From: Octopus vulgaris
Lineage: Eukaryota
Reading direction: 5' to 3'
DNA length: 64,000 nt
Assembly (NCBI GenBank): GCA_951406725.2
Contig: OX597825.1
Location: forward strand, 48,236,001 to 48,300,000
The position numbers were made by a program, and so were the translations under genes. Positions 25,400 to 38,828 of the stretch are shown piece after piece. The notes below the pieces were generated by a model. It was not told the DNA's origin. It saw only the letters and a list, made by a program, of their open reading frames with translations, and searched no databases. Within the stretch, counting starts at the first letter, position 1; every line of letters begins with the position of its first letter.

Positions 25400-27395
25400 T
25401 TACAGTTGAGTGTTGATCACGGTGTCACCTGTGTGAGGAGATTAGCCGATCAAAGAAGTGAGGGAACCATAGGACCAAAACGCCGCAACAACTAAAGCAC
25501 CAATGATGTTGAGTATGTCGCTGGAAACATAGGGAAAACTTCCCAAACGTTGTAAAATCCACAAGTATGCTTTCAAGAGTGTTCCAAAAGGAACCCCAAC
25601 AGGATACGGATTCTGGTAAATAAGTAGCCCTTAGGTCACTAGCTATGGATGCGACGGCAGTCAGCGAGACCAGGATTTCTGACACACACGATCTAGCCCC
25701 TATTTTCTATGACTTTGTGATCTACGCTTCTCTTAGTCGGCCTGGAATGGGAAGTGGAGTGGAAGTGCTGTTTAGGAAAAGCCTGGACTCGGGTGATAAG
25801 TTGGTGGTCCCGGATGTGAGCAATAGCGAAGATGGTGCATTTAGACTAGTCGCTGTGTACGCCCCAACTGGGGCGGAGCAGCAAGATTTCTTCAGACATG
25901 TGAAGGTTTTCCTTGGGAGAGTTCTCTCTTTTGATCCTAGTGGGCAATTGGAAGCTATCTTGGATGTACGCCTGGATAGGGTGGAGGTAGCCGATAGGAG
26001 AGGGGATGTAAAAAAAAGCCTCACAAACCTGCTCAGCCGCTTTCAACTGGCTGACAGGTACCGATTGGATTTCTCGAATGCACTAATGTGGATATGAGAA
26101 AACAGAACCGGGTCTTCCAGATTGTATCTAGATAGAGTCATTTGTAGGTCTGTACCTAAATTGTCCACAACTAAAACTCGTCGGCTACACAGGTCACAAA
26201 TTTGTGTCGACCTAGATAGGATACACAGGTAGGGCCCCGAATACTGGAAGTTGAATGCGTCTTTCTCGGCACCCAAAGCTTTCAGAGACCGAGTTAGCAA
26301 GTTAGTCCATCGGAAGTTGTCGGGTGCAATTGCCAACACCCAAAGATGGATAGCCCTACTATTAGAGTAGAGGTAGTTGGATTTAGTAAAGAAATAATGT
26401 TAGAGAAATCTAGGATAGAGAGAGATCTAGTTAGGAAGTTAGAAAAGGCGCTAAAAAGTGGCATAGCAACCGACATGCTGGCGACAAGACTGTTTCTTTG
26501 TTGAACTGTACGGAGCACACGGTGAGTCGGAGATGTGGGAGGATTTGACCTCCTAACTCGGTGATATGCAGCGCCTTTCTAACAGGTATGCGGAATTCTA
26601 CGAAATGCCGATAATAGCAAATGACATATGGGGCGCAATGACCAACTGCACAAAGGAAAAGTCCTCGCGGCTGGATGGTCAGCCTTTCAAACTTTATTTT
26701 CATATGCCAAACTTATTCGGCGATCTTTTGGCGGATGTCTACTGTAACTGGCAGCAGAACGTAGCGTGGTAGTGCTGCTGAGAAAGGATCGGAACAGGAG
26801 GGGGGGAATGGACAATTTTAGGCCTATAACTTTGCTGAATGAATATTATAAGATTTTGGCCAAGGTGTTAGCCAAGTGGTTGACGCTTGTCGTCGATTAG
26901 CTGATCGAAGATATGCAGACAGTTTTCTTGTCTGGTGGCTATGGCGGAAGAGTTAGTGTGGTGGATGTGGTTGAAAGTACTGAAGACAGATACTTTCCTC
27001 TTCGACCAAGCCCTCATCGATTTTTTAAAGTTCCACTTGAAATGGAAAGTGAGGGTGGAGAGGGAAGTGCTTCTCCTTAGTATTTTTGTTGAAAGGGTAG
27101 TGAATGCAACAAGGCTGGCCCGTGTGAATGGGCGTACACTGAACATGCGTCTGCGGAGAGGAGTATCCGTCCGAGGTATCCTTGGCATTCGGTATGTCCA
27201 GGATGTGTGGTGTTCCATGGTTGCCCCTGGGTTGAGCGTCCTCCCCTTTTGGGGAATTTTATTGTTCGAATTTTTATTGTTCGTTGTCATTGTTTTTTAA
27301 TTCTTTACACGCACTATATGTAAATACCCGATTATCCTTTGTGTCGTATCGTCTTTTGATTTCATGTGCGGCCCTTGTGACCAATAAAGAAAGAA
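25400..27395 (+). mobile_element. Degenerate L1/Tx1-clade LINE (APE endonuclease, RT start, 3' end), internally deleted
   Basis: AVSETR..FRLVAVYAP; GPEYWKLNAS; KSSRLDG; NFRPITLLNEYYKILAKVLA. Ends in ccaataaagaaaga followed by (ATT)n. Confidence 0.75.
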
Positions 27396-27442
27396 TTATT
27401 ATTATTATTATTATTATTATTGTTATTATTATTATTATTATT

Positions 27443-27478
<36 letters not shown>

Positions 27479-27544
27479 GCTGTTGTTGTTGTTGCTGCTG
27501 CTGTTGTTGTTATTGTTGTTGTTGTTGTTATTGTTGTTGTTGTT

Positions 27545-27586
<42 letters not shown>

Positions 27587-27590
27587 ATAT
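27395..27590. repeat. Compound (ATT)n(GTT)n(GTA)n microsatellite
   Basis: Read directly from the sequence. Confidence 0.95.
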
Positions 27591-30500
27591 TGCTGTTGCT
27601 ATAAGAGGGCGGATGATTATGACCCTTATATAATCAAACATTACACCATCAATATCCTCATAACCTCCTCCACGACCACCATAACACTACTTTCGCCATT
27701 ACTATTACTACCATTTCCACTACAATCATCATCATCATTGCAATATTTTACATTGTCAAATATCCAAGTGGGTTATACCAAGCGAACAAGCGATATTTTG
27801 GCGATAGTTATTGGCCGTTGTGGAGACAAATCGCTAACTCTCGTCTTGGTTGGTTGAGACTAATCAACAACGAGAGAGATACTTAAATGAATATGTGTTC
27901 CATTTGACAATAAAGGCATTGCGCAAATGCCTAGCATAAAACTGTACATGCGATAAATGAAAAAACAAAAAAAAAACTATTTAAATATCGTTAATTGTTT
28001 CATAATTAAATAGTTAGACGTTACTATGAAGAATCACAATAAACGTATGTGAAAATTAAATATAAAGACAACTTTGAAATCCATCAATATTTGAGTTACA
28101 AAATACAATATTATAACAAGTGTGTTTATTACAATATTTCTACAGTTTGTGATACATGTACGACTATCACAATATGTCAACTGTAACTCTGTTAAATGTT
28201 GTGCCAGAGTTTGCGGTAAAAGTATGTTTATTACCGTGTCCACTGTAACCAAATAAATTTACCAGTGTTTGTGCTTGAAGCATATCTATGTCTATGTGAT
28301 TGTACTAGTGTTCTGTCACTCTACTTTTTAACAATAAGGGAAGTCCACAATAATGTACCAACTCCAATGAAATGATAGACTCGGTGATTATATACTGCTG
28401 AACGAAGTTTATAGTAATAGTTTCGAATTCAGACAGGGAAATGATATTTTTAAAAATTTGAAGGCAATGTGGATGACCTTGTTTTCCATGCTAGCGATGG
28501 TCAATAAAATAAGTACCGGTTATATATAATGACAGATGAAATCGACTTTCCCTTCCTCGAAATTTATGTCCTTCTTTCTATGCTAGAAATCATTATATTG
28601 GAATCGATTCAATCGTCTATATCGCTTCCTTATTATCTTTGTTATCAAGAGGTCAGGAATCAATAACTGGAAGATAGTGTGGTGGTTAGCTTAGTAGAGC
28701 ACCCATCTAAATACAGGTAAGTATACCACCAAATACTGACAAGATTAGGTTAACCCAGGTGAACATGATATTAATTCCGTCTTAAGTAATATTTTCTATC
28801 TCAGGGGTAGATATAAGATACCCTAATCTACATTCAAGGTAGATCAAATATCGTATTCTCCCATCGCTAATTCAGCCAACTGTATTCAGTGCCCCTATGT
28901 ATTGCAACCTTGTGACTAAGTAACGTTTTGAAACTGTATAGTGACCTTGTTACTAATTAAATAATGTTTTAAAACGCTGTAGCAACAGAGATTTTGCTCT
29001 TGTCGAGAACAATCAAAGACATGGGTTCATTCCTGTATTTCATCGATACATTCTCATTTGTTATTGGCATCAGTAACAGTGGAAGAAGACAGGGCTGTGA
29101 GGTAAAGCTCGTAACTACATGGTCGAAGGGATAGCACTTGGGCCAAAAATTTTCAGCTACTTGGTTTCCTGTTCAAATCCCACATTGGGCAAATGTCTTC
29201 TGTCATAACCTCAGGGATAAATCAACGCCTTGAGAATAGATGGGTGGAAACTGCACGGAATTCCGTCAGAGGGACCGGTATACTTAACATCGCCACCTAG
29301 TCTCTGTGTGCATTTTGTGGGACCCACTCTCTTTTTCAGAGTCAGGCCAATTCTGTGATCTGAGGAGAGCATCTATCTCGCAGTTTCGGAGGATACCGAG
29401 ACTTGTCCTTTCGTCTTTCCTCTACTTTTACTGATGCCAAGAATAAATGAGAATATATAGATGAAATTCAGGAGAATCTGTGAAGTTGATTTGACATTAA
29501 TAAATTGTAGGAAGACCAAGTCTTTAGAGAGTGACCCAATAATGAGGGTTTTAGAATATTTAAAGGAAACAATGTTTATAGTTTAGCCAATTCTTACATT
29601 TTTACATACAACAAAATTCTTTGGAAATTATTTGGAATTTTGAACAATTAACATTTTATTTAGTTTCTAACATGTTCTATCTCAACGAGAATTTCTACAA
29701 TGAACCAACCCTGTTTTAAGAAGAGGTCAAACTTCATTGAATAGGATATTTTATTTTTGTTAGATTATGAAGGACAAATAAATCAAATTTATACATAATT
29801 GACCTTAATTTCTAGGAAAACAAAGCAAAGATACGGCTCGAGACTTGCTTAAATGGCAGCACTCAAAATGTCACATTTGGTTTCTCTGAACTAAATCACA
29901 TCCATATTATCGTGATAACTAGTTCACGAGCGACCCCTTTAGTCACTCTTGGGGAAATGTTTAATTATATTTTAACCAATACACAATAATCAATATTGAA
30001 GATATTATTTCTGCGAAAATATAAATAGCTTGTTTTAAAAAATCCCTGTTCAGTATGCTACCTTACAGTGTGTAGTTTGGTCCAGGTACAAAACTGGATT
30101 AATTTCAACTTTTACTGAATTGTGTTTTAATATATCTCACACCAATCCAACTCACTCACAGCGGCATCTCTATTACAGTTAATCATAGCCAACTTTACTT
30201 CCCTATGGTATCTATTTATGCATCAGGGAACTGATACATCGACGCTTAAGTGTCTTCAACTTGCTCACACTAGTGATTTGAAATGACTTATCACTGCATC
30301 GTCTGAAAGCTGGATTCTCTTACGGTTGTGCCAACCATGACATTAATAAGTCAATACTCAACCTATAATTATACTTAATGTGACAATACTTAACCATTAA
30401 TTAACTACACCATAATTGATTATACTTAACCTAGAAACTCAACGAATCTGTCATCCCTTTCACAGTAACTGCAGCGGATAATACAGCAACTGTTGCACCC

Positions 30501-30846
30501 ATGACATCATTTTGTTCCTGTTTATGGTGTGATTAAACCATTAAGCGACTTTCACATGATTGTAGCACCCTTTAATCTTCTTACACCTCTATTTTTCAGT
30601 ATGTTGCAAATGCCCTTATTTTTTCACAACCAGCCTTCTTTCTGTCATTTCACCCCTTTGCACTCATTAATATAACTCAGTTATTACAAGCTTAATGGAA
30701 GTTAATCTTCATAGGTTTAGAGGTCATTTTCCTAACTGGCCTCTTTTTGTATTAACAAAGAAGTTTGTCTGTTCGTTCATTTATTTATTTATTTATCTAT
30801 TTACTATAATTTTAATTGTCTGACGCAATCAGAGGCTGAGTTCAAG

Positions 30847-30980
<134 letters not shown>

Positions 30981-31138
30981 AAGGGCTAAAAAACCACTAT
31001 GTAGTCAGCCATATGCTAGAAGTAGATCACCTGCGATCAAACTACAAAAAAAAAGCATGTTCTCTAGAGAAAAATTCAGCGGGCACTAGAACAATATGCG
31101 GGCAAGACAGATGAAAATTATATAAAAAACAATAATTA

Positions 31139-31215
31139 ATCGCAGACCTAGGTTTCGCTTATTAACGAATGAATCACTTACGTAATCCCTCGTCCGTAGG
31201 GCTCGTCAGTACGAT
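31139..31215 (-). ncRNA. Type I hammerhead ribozyme (family D)
   Basis: Minus strand: AUCGUA CUGACGA GC..long stem II..GC GAAA CCUAGG UC UGCGAU. Confidence 0.8.
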
Positions 31216-31824
31216 CGTTCCACAGGTAATATAATTTGTAAAACTAACCACCAGTTTTCCGTATAAAAACAGACACGTGCTTAGTTTCACCGATTACCTT
31301 GGGGTTAATTTCAAATGTCTGAGTTCTGGCACGCTAAAATTCCGGAAACAAAATCTGCAGTAAATAATTTACTGCAGTTAATGCTGCCTATTAGAGAACA
31401 TATTTATTTTAGCATTTAAATAATGAGGGAGATAAATTAAATATTAATTTAATTAATATCAATTTAAAACCAGTAGCCTAGCATACAAAAATCTGAAGAA
31501 TCAGAGAAAATTCTAATACAAGTGTACATATTTAAAGGGCTAAAAAACTACTATGTGGTCAGCCATATGCTAGAAGTAGATCACCTGCGATTAAACTACA
31601 AAGAAAAGAATGTTCTCTAGAGAAAAATTCAGCGGACACCAATACAATATGCGGGCAAGACAGATGAAAATTATATAAAAAACAAGAATTAATCGCAGAC
31701 CTTAGCGCGTCAGAACTCAGACATTTGAAATTAACCCCAATGTAATCGGTGAAACTAAGCACATGTCTGTTTTTTATACGGAAAACTGGTGGTTAGTTTT
31801 ACAAATTATATTACCTGTGGAACG

Positions 31825-31890
31825 ATCGTACTGACGAGCCCTACGGACGGGGATTACGTAAGTGATTCATTCGTTAATAGGCGAAACCTA
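31825..31890 (+). ncRNA. Truncated hammerhead (family D, inverted copy lacking the cleavage site)
   Basis: ATCGTA CTGACGA GCC...GGC GAAA CCTA, then homology stops mid-palindrome. Confidence 0.7.
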
Positions 31891-32069
31891 TCCACTGTCA
31901 ACCAAATCCACTGACATGGCTTTGGTCGGCCGAAGGTTTTAGTAGAAGACACTTGTTCAAGGTGACACGCAATGGAAATGAACCCGGAACCATGTGGTTG
32001 GGAAGCAAGCTTCTTAGCACACAGCCAAGCCAGCATCGGTGAAACATATTTATATGTATGCATATATAC

Positions 32070-32100
<31 letters not shown>

Positions 32101-32134
32101 TATGCATACATATAAATATACATACGTACATATA

Positions 32135-33238
32135 TCTATATACATAAAACTCAACTTGTGTGTCTGTGTGTGTATCTGTGTGTGTGTCTGTGTGTTTAAC
32201 TTCCCGGCACATCTTCTCCTAGCCAACAAATCGTAGAACCAGCAAAAATGGGTCACTTAAAGTTTAGGCGAATGAAAATTGAACTGCGCTATTTCTCTTC
32301 CGAAATTCATCTCGCAAGTGCAAAAATCGATAATGTGTTTGTTTAGGCCTTATCCCATGCATTGAATAATGAACTTTACTCAGCTGTTTGACGTGAAGTG
32401 TGTTCACCACGCGTGCAAACATGCATAAATTCATAAAAAAAAAAAATCAAGATGTAAAAACGAATCGCCGTAAACATTGTAGAAATTTGGCAAAGAAATG
32501 AATTTTCGGGATGTAGCCTGGGGTTTTTTTTTTCGTATTAATCGTTTGGACTTTGTGAACACATACCAATTGTTTTCATAACATTTTTAACGCTTTGAAT
32601 TAAATGCGACCATTTTGCGTTGAGTCTGCAGTTTGAATCACTTTAACCAAATTTTAGCTGGCCGGATTTTTGATCATCACGATACATCGCCAGCGACTCC
32701 CTGAAACTGTCCCCTGAAATCCCTGTGGAGAAATCTATATATATAAAACTCAACTTGTGTGTCTGTGTGTGTATCTGTGTGTTTGTCTGTGTGTTTAACT
32801 TTTGGATCTACCAAGTTTCATTATTAAGGATGGAAAGTAGTGTGTACCAAATCTATATATATAAAGCTGAAGTGGTCTGTGTGTGGCAGGTTTGGCAGCC
32901 TCCAACTAATACTATCTCCTTCGAGACCCTGCAGTGCAAGTTAACCAAAATTGAGAATATGATAGAAGGCTTGCTCTTTATTCTGTAGAAGATAAAATTC
33001 AAATCGAACCATGTTAACACCAAAAATTATTTACATCAAAGAGGTGTTTTTTTTTCTATGAAAATCCCTATTTTTTACGATTTTTGACAGCTGTGTCACC
33101 ATTTTTCGGTGTATTTCAACTGGAAAAATGTTCACTTGAAGAGAATAACAAGTTGCATAATGCAAAATTTTTACTTTTCAAAAATTCCAATTCTAAATGG
33201 TCGAAACATACCCAAGCAACACCGGGTGATACTGCTAG
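32135..33238 (+). mobile_element. Non-autonomous Helitron composite
   Basis: a|TCTATATA(C/T)ATAAA 5' ends at 32135, 32734 and 32852. Degenerate 3' hairpin cccaagcaacaccggg, then CTAG|t at 33235-33239. Confidence 0.65.
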
Positions 33239-33430
33239 TATATATTAGTATATATATATATATATATGTATCTCTTTCTCTCTCTCTCTCTATATATATA
33301 TACACCTATATACATATATATATATACTTACATATATATATATACATATATATACAGATATATATACAAATATAAACATATATGTATATACATATACACA
33401 CATATGTATACATATACATATACATACATA

Positions 33431-33956
33431 TACCGTAAATCTTCGAGTATAGTCCGCCCTTGAGTATAATACTCAGGGGATTTTTAGGGGCTATACTTCT
33501 GAAAAACCTAAACCTTTTGTATAATACGAACCCCCTTCTTTAACTTGAGTCGTGCGTAATTAAGCCAGCAGCATCTAGTCGAACAAACACTTCCGCGCAT
33601 GCGTAATACAATAATGGTGATGTTCTTAACTGTTATATGGAAATGTAAATATGTTTGTAAATTGTTTTTCTTACATGTTATTCTGTGTTCTGAATACATT
33701 AATTTTAAGAAATGTTGCTTACTGGAAGTTATGGATGATTGTTTTATGACTTCATTGTTTTTAGGCTTAACTCAAGGTATTTTCGCACCCGACATCACGG
33801 AATGCGTCTGAATATACACTGCCGGACTGCAAATACAGACTCGGACATTGCTCAGAAAATATTTTTCATTTTTAACCTCGTATATAGTACGCACTAGACA
33901 TTTTGACCTGTAAATTTTGGGAAAAAAGAACGGATTATACTCGAGGATTTACGGCA
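33431..33956. mobile_element. Tc1/mariner-pogo-type MITE
   Basis: TIRs taccgtaaatcttcgagtatagtccg / cggattatactcgaggatttacggca. A separate end fragment lies at 38231-38270. Confidence 0.75.
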
Positions 33957-33977
33957 TAAATATATATATATATAGAT

Positions 33978-35170
33978 ATCCAACAGGTGTCCGGGGTCGC
34001 GATGGGAACTAGGATGGGCCCCAATTTCGCCAATCTCTTTCTTGGCCACATTGAGGCCCAAGTGTTCTCCCAGTTCTCTGGGCCGACCCCCGAACTATAC
34101 GGTCGCTATATCGACGACTGCGTAGGTGCCACCTCCCTTTCCCGTGAACTTCTCGGCCAATTCATCTCTTTCCTTTCCAACTTTCACCCCTCTCTTCAAT
34201 TCACCTCCACCATCTCCAACACCTCTGTCAACTTCCTTGACATCTCTCTCCGCATCGATCACCCCTCCAGCTCTCTCACCACCACCGCCTTCTTTAAACC
34301 TACGGATTCCCACCTCTATCTCAACTTCTCTTCCTCCCACCCCTTCCACACCAAACGAGCCATCCCCTACTCCCAGTTCCTCCGCCTCCGACGTTTGTGC
34401 AGCCGCGACCAGGATTTCGAGACCCAATCTCAATACCTGGCCCGCATGTTCAGACTCCGAGGTTACCCACCCACACTCCTCTCTGATGCCCTCACCCGCG
34501 CCCGTCGCATCGACCGCACTACCGCCTTGTCTCCTTCCCCCGCCCACCCCCCAACCGCACCCCCTTCCCCCTCCTTTTCCACCCCTCTACCCTACCCCTT
34601 CGTCGCAAGATACTACGTGCCTTCCGTCGCCTCCAGCTTGATCCCACCACCCGCCCCATTTTCCCTAACCCACCCCTGTCCTCTTTCAAACGAGCCCGCA
34701 ATCTGCGTGACCTCCTGGTCCACAGCACCCTCTCTCCTTCCCCCTCAGCCCCACACGGATCATTCCCTTGCTCTAGATCCCGCTGCAACACTTGCCCCTT
34801 CATCACCAACACCACCGCTGTCACCGGCTCCAACCTGCATACTGTACGCATTAGGCACTCTTTTACGTGCACCTCGTCTGGCCTTATTTACTGCATTAAA
34901 TGCAACCTATGCGGGATGCTGTATGTAGGTCAGACGGGACGCCGGTTGTCCGACCGTTTCACTGAACACTTGAGGGACGTTCGCCTACACTCTTTTTCTC
35001 CCGTCGCACGCCACTTCCGCTCGGCCGGCCATTCCCGAGATGACATCTCAGTGTTTGGTCTCGCCCCCCACAATGGTCGCCCACTTTCCAGGCTCCACTT
35101 GGAGCAACGCTACATCTTCACCCTACAAACTACCACCCCACACGGACTTAACACAGCCCCCTCCTCTTGA
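33978..35170 (+). pseudogene. PLE reverse transcriptase (from the GxAMG motif), thumb, Cys linker and GIY-YIG endonuclease; one frameshift near 34545
   Basis: GVAMGTRMGPNFANLF..YGRYIDD..FLDI..KPTD..YL..S.HP....AIPYSQFLRLRRLCS. After the shift: CSRSRCNTCPF..FTCTSSGLIYCIKCNLCGMLYVGQTGRRLSDRFTEH..VARHF..GLN. Confidence 0.9.
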
Positions 35171-37161
35171 GATCGGTTTTTTTTTTCCGGACACACCACC
35201 CACACACACACACCCACCTACCTCCCACCCACCTACCTCCCACACGCCTGTTCACACACACACATACGTAGACCCATCTACGTACATACATTCACACATT
35301 TAATCACACACACTTACATACACACACACATACATACACACATACATACATACACACACGCATACATACTTACACACACACACACACACAGACATACATA
35401 CACACATACACTCACACATACATACGCACATACATACACACACACTCACACACACACACCGCACGTACATACTTCACACACACACACATGCACACATACA
35501 TGTAGGCACATACATACATACATACCCACACATGCACACCCGTACACTGAATGCACACACACATACACCTTTTTGCATCCAGGCAGCCCCCCCTCTTTTC
35601 TGCTTTCCGGTTTTGGCTGATGGATCCTCGGTTCCCGCGTAGCGGGGCGTTCGAGGGCCATTGCGCTCGCGCGCCTTGGCGCGCGCTGGGGGCTCGGCCG
35701 GCCCCTTTGGGCTTGCGTTGTACTGCTTGTGCGCTGTGTGCGTGAGCGCGCTTCGCGTGTGTGGGCTTGCTTCGGATGTGCGCATGCGTATGTTTGCATA
35801 CATACCCACACACTCGCATGCATCCCTACCCACATACATACACGCACACCTACTCACACACACACATACACACACACACATACCCGCACACACACACACA
35901 TACATACATACACACACATACCCACTTCAGACATACACACACACAGACATACACCCATACACCCACACTCACACACACACACACATACACACGCACACGT
36001 ACACATACACACACACACACACACCTACATACATACATTACACTTGTATACACACACACTTACATTCATACACACACACACCTACACAGCCATACCCTCA
36101 CTCAGACACACACATCTACCTACACACACACACAAACACACACTGACACACACCCATACATACATACATCTACACACTCACGCCTACACACATACATACA
36201 CACATACATAAACACACACACATACACATACACACACATACGCACACACGCATATACTTATACACATGCACACACACACACATACATACATACACCCATA
36301 TACATACACACACACATACCTACATACTCCTATACGCACATACATACACACAGACATACACACATACACACTCACACAAACATACACACACACATACTTA
36401 CACACACACTCACCTGCACGCGCACACACATGCATGACAAACACCCATACACTCACACTCACATACGCACACACCAACATAAACACGCACACGCACACAC
36501 ACACCTACACTCCCACACACACCTACACTCCCACACACATACACACGCACCTACATACACACACGCACGCATACACACGCATACACACATACATTACACA
36601 CGTACACACACACCTACATACACATGCATACACACACACACAAACATGCACGGACACACCCAGACATACATACATACACCTATATACACACGCCCACACA
36701 CCTACATACACACACATATACACACGCCCACACAGCTACATACACACACATACATACACACATACACGGACACACCCATACATACTTATATACATACACC
36801 TATACACACACGCCTACACACCTACACACACACATGCATACACACACACATGTACGCACATACACACACATATACGCACACACATATATACCCACACACA
36901 TGCACACACACACATACGCACATACATGCACGCATGCACACGCGCACACCTACACGCATACACACACACACACGCACGTACACATACATACATACACACA
37001 CGCATACATACACCCATACACATACATGCATCCTACACACACATACATACACACTCACACATACATACACACACACGCACTCACTCACACACCTGTATGT
37101 TCGCGCACACACATGCACATACACACACTTCCCCACACCCACACGTACATACATACACACT

Positions 37162-37192
<31 letters not shown>

Positions 37193-38055
37193 GGACATAC
37201 ATCTATGCACACACATATATACACACATACTCACATACATTCATCGGACACACTGCCACCCAGACATACACACAGACACACTCACACATCCACACACACA
37301 CATACGTACGCGCACACTCGCAGGCGCGCGCACACACGCGCTTGCGCCGGTTCGCGCACGCATGCGCGCCGCATGCACCTCGCCCTTGGACCCGACGAGA
37401 CCTCCCGCCCGTTCCTGGGATGTCGCTTGTCGTTGGGTTTTCCCGCGCCCGTCTCCGCGGGACCACTCTTCCATCTTCCTCTCCGCTGGAGTCCTTTTCC
37501 TTAACCCCCCCCTTTTTTTCGTTACACACACGCGCACACATATACACACATTGCGTAAACATATACATTACTCTTACACATTCAATCTACTCGCCACTAA
37601 TACTACCACGACACTGGACACACACACACACTACTACTCAACACACGCTGGCACGCTACATACGCCCCCACCCCTTCCCCTCCCTCCCTTCCTCCTTCCT
37701 CCCTTTTCTTACTACTGACCTTTGTCTGCTATGCTGCTGCTATGCTGACCACCGTCTCGCCCTACCTCACACGCCTACACACAGACGCACACACTAACAC
37801 ATACATATATTTTTTGTTTTTTTATCTCGCCTCACACACACACATACACACACGCACACGCACACACTCACACATACACACACATCTGTTGCGTTACCAA
37901 CCTTGTCTCCACTCTTTTGCCTTTAAAAACCCACTTTGCTCTTGTTATCGTAAACATCCGCCTTTCACCATGTGTAACTCCTAACACCAGTCGTTTTTTT
38001 CTCTATCTCCGTTGCCCGCTCCGGGATCTTTCTTTCCTCTCTCTTCCTTCTTTAT

Positions 38056-38090
38056 GTTTCCGACGAAGAGCTCCGCTCGAAACGTCATAC
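38056..38090 (+). ncRNA. Minimal hammerhead-like motif (family B, U4C variant), sense to the PLE ORF
   Basis: GUUU CCGACGA A GAGC UCC GCUC GAAA CG UC AUAC, with one helix I mismatch. Confidence 0.65.
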
Positions 38091-38176
38091 CTCCCTGCTT
38101 CCATTTCCTGAGCGCCTATTAATAATAATACTGTAATTGTCCCATTGTTGTTGTTTTTTTGTTTCCCGTTTGGATT

Positions 38177-38234
<58 letters not shown>

Positions 38235-38265
38235 TAAATCCTCGAGTATTCCGCTCTTTTCCCCA

Positions 38266-38305
<40 letters not shown>

Positions 38306-38322
38306 AACACACACACACACAC

Positions 38323-38396
<74 letters not shown>

Positions 38397-38476
38397 TATA
38401 TACATATATTTACACACACATATATATACCCATAAATATACATACATAAATATACATACATAAATATACATATATA

Positions 38477-38513
<37 letters not shown>

Positions 38514-38654
38514 TCTAGGTATGGTAAATAAGTTCAGTAAAGTTTAGATTCAGATGAATATGCTACCTAAGTTGAAGGCACCAGAATTTAGTATGGTATT
38601 ATCCATATAATTTAAAATAAGGTGATTATTATCAATATAATCAACAAGGATATC

Positions 38655-38737
38655 CAGTACGAACGTTTCATGCGACTCTATTTAATTGAGCAATGCAAAC
38701 ATTACATCAATTTAAAATGTAGAGCAATCTTCAGCTG
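38655..38737 (-). ncRNA. Type I hammerhead ribozyme (family E, left arm)
   Basis: Minus strand: CAG CUGAAGA UUGCUCUA...UAGAGUCGCAU GAAA CGUUCG UA CUG. Confidence 0.7.
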
Positions 38738-38777
38738 CATAAAAATATAGAATTTAGCTAAATCCTATATTTTTATA

Positions 38778-38828
38778 CAGCTGAAGATTGCTCTACATTA
38801 AATAGAGTCGCATGAAACGTTCGTACTG
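38778..38828 (+). ncRNA. Type I hammerhead ribozyme (family E, right arm)
   Basis: CAG CUGAAGA UUGCUCUACAUUAAAUAGAGUCGCAU GAAA CGUUCG UA CUG. The first stem II pair is U-U. Confidence 0.7.

Larger units (their letters stand above)
33975..38182 (+). mobile_element. 5'-truncated Penelope-like element (family B): RT + GIY-YIG, ~2.8-kb CA-rich tail, HHR-bearing terminus
   Basis: Bounded by (TA)n on both sides; coding part 33978-35170; terminus homologous to 16500-16700 and 42630-42835. Confidence 0.8.

Noticed and set aside
29360-29390. CTGAGGA followed by a GAG/CTC stem
   Set aside because: GCAG replaces GAAA, and helices I and III cannot form.
35610-35670. HDV-like ribozyme around tcctcg
   Set aside because: No upstream strand to form P1 and no J4/2 motif.
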